Assembly: GCA_017469085.1 (NCBI GenBank)
Contig: JAFUHB010000239.1
Coordinates: forward strand, 1 to 57,018
Direction: 5' to 3'
DNA: 57,018 nt
Source: Clostridia bacterium
Lineage (GTDB): Bacteria; Bacillota; Clostridia; Christensenellales; Aristaeellaceae
Every line of letters begins with the position of its first letter. Within the stretch, counting starts at the first letter, position 1. Under the pieces are notes generated by a model. That model ran no database searches. It worked only from the letters and a program-made list of their open reading frames with translations, and had not been told where the DNA came from. Of this stretch, positions 54,290 through 57,018 are shown piece by piece. Position numbers and translations under genes: made by a program.

Positions 54290-55558
54290 ATGCTGACACA
54301 AGCGCCCAAGGGCACCAGGGACATGCTGCCGCAGGAGGCCTATCTGTGGCACGCGCTCGAGGATAAAATGCGCCGCCTTTCGGCGCTCTGGGGGTATCGG
54401 GAGATCCGGACCCCGGTTTTTGAGCATACCGAGCTGTTCCAGCGCGGCGTCGGCGGCACCACCGACATCGTAACCAAGGAAATGTACACCTTCAAGGACA
54501 AGGGGGACCGTTCGATCACCCTGAAGCCCGAGGGGACGGCGGGGGCCGTGCGCGCCTTCGTGGAGGCGCATATGTACGCCGATCCGCTGCCCGCCAAGGT
54601 GTATTACCTGGCCGCGCCCATCTTCCGCTATGAAAATCCCCAGGCCGGGCGGCTGCGCGAGCATCACCAGTTCGGCATGGAGTGCTTCGGCGGCAAGGAG
54701 CCCACGGTGGAGGCGGAGCTGATCAACCTGCTGATGACCCTGCTGGGCGAGCTGGGGATGGAGAACCTGTCCGTCCACATCAACTCGATCGGCTGCAAAA
54801 ATTGCCGGCCCAGGTATCACGAGGCGCTGCGGGCTTACCTGGGCGACCGCCTGGGCGATATGTGCGCGGACTGCCAGGCGCGGTTTGAGAAGAACCCCCT
54901 GCGCATCCTGGACTGCAAGCAGGAAAAGTGCAAGGCCATCGTGAGCGGCGCGCCCTCCATTCTGGATTGCCTGTGCGAGGATTGCCGCGCGCATTTTGAG
55001 CGCCTGCAGGCGCTGCTTGCGGCGCAGAAGATCCCCTTCGCCGTCGATCCTACCATCGTGCGCGGCCTGGATTATTACACGCGCACCGTGTTCGAGGTGA
55101 TCATGCAGACCGGCCGCGAGGGCCTGGCGCTGTGCGGCGGCGGGCGCTACGACAACCTGATCGAGGAGCTGGGCGGGCCGGACACCCCGGCGGCGGGCTT
55201 CGGGCTGGGGCTGGAGCGCATCCTGATCGAGCTGGGCAACCGCGGCCTTCTGCCCGAGGAGCCCTCCGTGAGCGACGTTTATGTAGCCAACATCGGGGCG
55301 GACCGCCAGACCGAGGCCTTCGCCTTTACCCAGGCGCTGCGTGCCGCGGGCGTGAAGGCCGAGGGCGACCTGTGCGGGCGCAGCCTCAAGGCGCAGTTTA
55401 AGTATGCCGATAAGCTGGGCGCCAAGTTCATCGCCCTGGTAGGCGGGGAGGAATTGGAGCGCGGCGTGGTCAAGCTGCGGGACCTGAAGACCCGGGAGGA
55501 GACCGAGCTGCCCCTGGCGGAAGCGCCCGGGCTCATCGCGTCCCGCGTGAACGGATAA
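54290..55558 (+). CDS. hisS: Histidine--tRNA ligase
   Basis: PKGTRDMLP, WGYREIRTPVFEHTELF, YYLAAPIFRYENPQAGRLREHHQFG, GGGRYD, GFGLGLERI. ATG 54290 with a GGGAGG SD; the upstream part of the ORF-track ORF is leader RNA. Confidence 0.92.
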   Translation: MLTQAPKGTRDMLPQEAYLWHALEDKMRRLSALWGYREIRTPVFEHTELFQRGVGGTTDIVTKEMYTFKDKGDRSITLKPEGTAGAVRAFVEAHMYADPLPAKVYYLAAPIFRYENPQAGRLREHHQFGMECFGGKEPTVEAELINLLMTLLGELGMENLSVHINSIGCKNCRPRYHEALRAYLGDRLGDMCADCQARFEKNPLRILDCKQEKCKAIVSGAPSILDCLCEDCRAHFERLQALLAAQKIPFAVDPTIVRGLDYYTRTVFEVIMQTGREGLALCGGGRYDNLIEELGGPDTPAAGFGLGLERILIELGNRGLLPEEPSVSDVYVANIGADRQTEAFAFTQALRAAGVKAEGDLCGRSLKAQFKYADKLGAKFIALVGGEELERGVVKLRDLKTREETELPLAEAPGLIASRVNG

Positions 55559-55592
55559 ATCAATCATCGTTTTTGAGAGGAGCAGGAAAAGC

Positions 55593-56882
55593 ATGGAAAG
55601 GTCTTTGATCGCCTCCGCGCCGGCGGGGCAGCGCGTCAAGCTGCAGGGCTTCGTGGAGAACATCCGCAATAAGCGGACGATGGCGTTCCTGGTATTGCGC
55701 GACCACACAGGGCGCATCCAGCTGACCGTGGAAAAGGAAAAATACCCCGAGGTCGCCGCGCAGGTGGATAAGCTGACCATTGAATCGGTGATCACCGCCG
55801 AGGGCGAGCTGGTGGAAAACAGCTTCGTAAAGCTGGGCGGCCGGGAGCTGCTGCCCGATACGATCCAAATCGAGTCCATCGCGGAGGCCCTGCCCATCTC
55901 CAAGGATGCGGCCATCGATTCCCGCCTGGATTATCGCTGGATCGACCTGCGCAGCGACAAAAACCTGCTGATCTATCAGGCGCAGACCGTGCTGACCAAC
56001 GCCATGCGCAGCTTCCTGCTGCAGCGCGGGTTCATCGAGATCCACACCCCCAAGCTGATCGGCGCGGCCAGCGAGTCGGGCAGCGAGGTGTTCGAGCTCA
56101 AGTACTTCGACCGTAAGGGCTACCTCTCCCAGAGCCCGCAGTTTTATAAGCAGATGGCGATGGCGGCGGGCTTTGACCGCATCTTTGAGGTCGGCCCTGT
56201 GTTCCGCGCCGAAAAATCCTTCACCAACAAGCACGCCACCGAGTTCACCGGGTTTGACCTCGAAATGAGCTACATCGACTCCTTCCGGGACGTCATGCAG
56301 ATCGAGGCGGAGCTGCTGACCTACGCCCTGCAGCAGGTCAAGGACGCCTGCGGGGACAAGATCAAGGAGCTCTACGGCCTGGACGTGGTCGTGCCGACGC
56401 TGCCCTTCCCCGAAATGAAGCTGGCGGACGTTTATAAGGAGCTCGAGGAGCGCTACGGCTACACCGTGGACGACAGCGAAAAGAACGACCTGACCACCGA
56501 CGCTGAGCACCTGTGTGCCAAGCTGAGCCAGGACAAGTTCGGCCACGAGTTCCTATTCGTGACCGATTACGGCCCCCAGAAGCGCGCCTTCTATCACATG
56601 CGGGATGAGAACGGCAACCCCCTGGGCTACGACCTGATCTGGCGCGGCACCGAGATCACCACCGGCGCGCAGCGCGAGCACCGCTACGAGCCACTGCGCG
56701 CGCAGGCGGACGAAAAGGGCCTGGGCAAGGACGTCGAATTTTATATGGAATTCTTCCGCTACGGCTGCCCGCCGCACGGCGGCTTCGGCCTGGGCATCGA
56801 CCGGCTGACCATGCTGCTGCTGGGCCTGTCCATCAAGGAGGTCGAATTCCTGTTCCGCGGCCCGAACCGGATCGAGCCGTAA
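55593..56882 (+). CDS. aspS: Aspartate--tRNA ligase, archaeal/eukaryal-type short form (type 2, 429 aa; possibly non-discriminating)
   Basis: N-terminal OB fold (VKLQGFVENIRNKRTMAFLVLRDHTGRIQL). Class II motifs FRAEKSFTNKHATEFTGFDLEMS and GGFGLGIDRLTMLLLGL. It lacks the roughly 130-aa bacterial-type insertion domain. Confidence 0.85.
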   Translation: MERSLIASAPAGQRVKLQGFVENIRNKRTMAFLVLRDHTGRIQLTVEKEKYPEVAAQVDKLTIESVITAEGELVENSFVKLGGRELLPDTIQIESIAEALPISKDAAIDSRLDYRWIDLRSDKNLLIYQAQTVLTNAMRSFLLQRGFIEIHTPKLIGAASESGSEVFELKYFDRKGYLSQSPQFYKQMAMAAGFDRIFEVGPVFRAEKSFTNKHATEFTGFDLEMSYIDSFRDVMQIEAELLTYALQQVKDACGDKIKELYGLDVVVPTLPFPEMKLADVYKELEERYGYTVDDSEKNDLTTDAEHLCAKLSQDKFGHEFLFVTDYGPQKRAFYHMRDENGNPLGYDLIWRGTEITTGAQREHRYEPLRAQADEKGLGKDVEFYMEFFRYGCPPHGGFGLGIDRLTMLLLGLSIKEVEFLFRGPNRIEP

Positions 56883-56884
56883 AC

Positions 56885-57001
56885 GTTCCTATTCCGCCTG
56901 ACGGCTTCATAGGAACTTGGCGGGGGAATCTTTCCCCCGCCAACGCCACCCCCTGACGCCTTTTCCTCTCGGCCCTTTGGGCCTCCCGGGCGGAAAAGGC
57001 G
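56885..57001 (+). terminator. Three consecutive stem-loops downstream of aspS
   Basis: GTTCCTAT/ATAGGAAC (56885-56916), TTGGCGGGGG/CCCCCGCCAA (56917-56943), CGCCTTTTCC/GGAAAAGGCG (56957-57001). None has a clear U-run. Confidence 0.35.
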
Positions 57002-57018
57002 CAAGGTACAAATCGCTG

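Noticed and set aside
54203-55915. 570-aa minus-strand ORF antisense to hisS/aspS (and 55560-56546, minus strand)
   Set aside because: It is antisense to two aminoacyl-tRNA synthetase genes with unambiguous motifs. Its composition is typical of GC3-driven open frames.
1-57018. Search for CRISPR arrays, tRNA/rRNA genes, IS elements, integrases, a prophage, or known defense-system genes (restriction-modification, Cas, reverse transcriptase, Abi, TIR/STING etc.)
   Set aside because: I found no regularly spaced direct repeats, no cloverleaf-compatible segments, and no transposase/recombinase motifs. No nuclease/helicase combinations beyond AddA were found. The only mobile-looking segment is the small low-GC XRE islet, reported separately.

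Overview
High-GC (~60%) Firmicutes/Clostridia-type chromosomal segment, probably Oscillospiraceae-like; the ireB-ruvX-DUF1292 synteny, T-box and GGAGG ribosome-binding sites support this. It is densely coding, mostly housekeeping and cell-envelope genes. Confident calls: ireB, ruvX fused to DUF1292, nucleoside hydrolase, ilvE, a short alaS behind an Ala T-box, HtrA protease, class-C-like serine hydrolase, an AgrC/LytTR two-component pair, two GH3 glycosidases (one domain-permuted), anmK, a MoxR-DUF58-transglutaminase operon, addA, bioY, GNATs, an HD hydrolase, a DUF2233 phosphodiester glycosidase, dnaN, a barnase/barstar pair, acyltransferase-3, pyrimidine-nucleoside phosphorylase, a LysR-amidase-PIG-L-GNAT/ACT operon, a large PG-binding/SH3 wall protein, an FtsB/DivIC-like protein, Ppx/GppA, hisS, and an archaeal-type aspS. 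I saw no rRNA, tRNA, CRISPR array, transposase, integrase or prophage genes. Most interesting: (1) a 430-nt leader upstream of hisS-aspS holds two tandem ~165-nt units with conserved loops and compensatory changes in three helices, and no T-box motif; it is a candidate new cis-regulatory RNA. (2) Two perfect 16-bp parS palindromes lie at addA. (3) An AT-rich cluster of DnaA-box-like 9-mers sits upstream of a dnaN that has no dnaA, suggesting an origin-proximal region. (4) That dnaN is translationally coupled to a secreted barnase plus barstar. (5) There is a low-GC XRE plus Trp-rich zinc-ribbon membrane-protein islet. (6) Paralogous secreted PIG-L deacetylases occur in cell-wall contexts. Many long antisense ORFs are high-GC shadow ORFs and were rejected.
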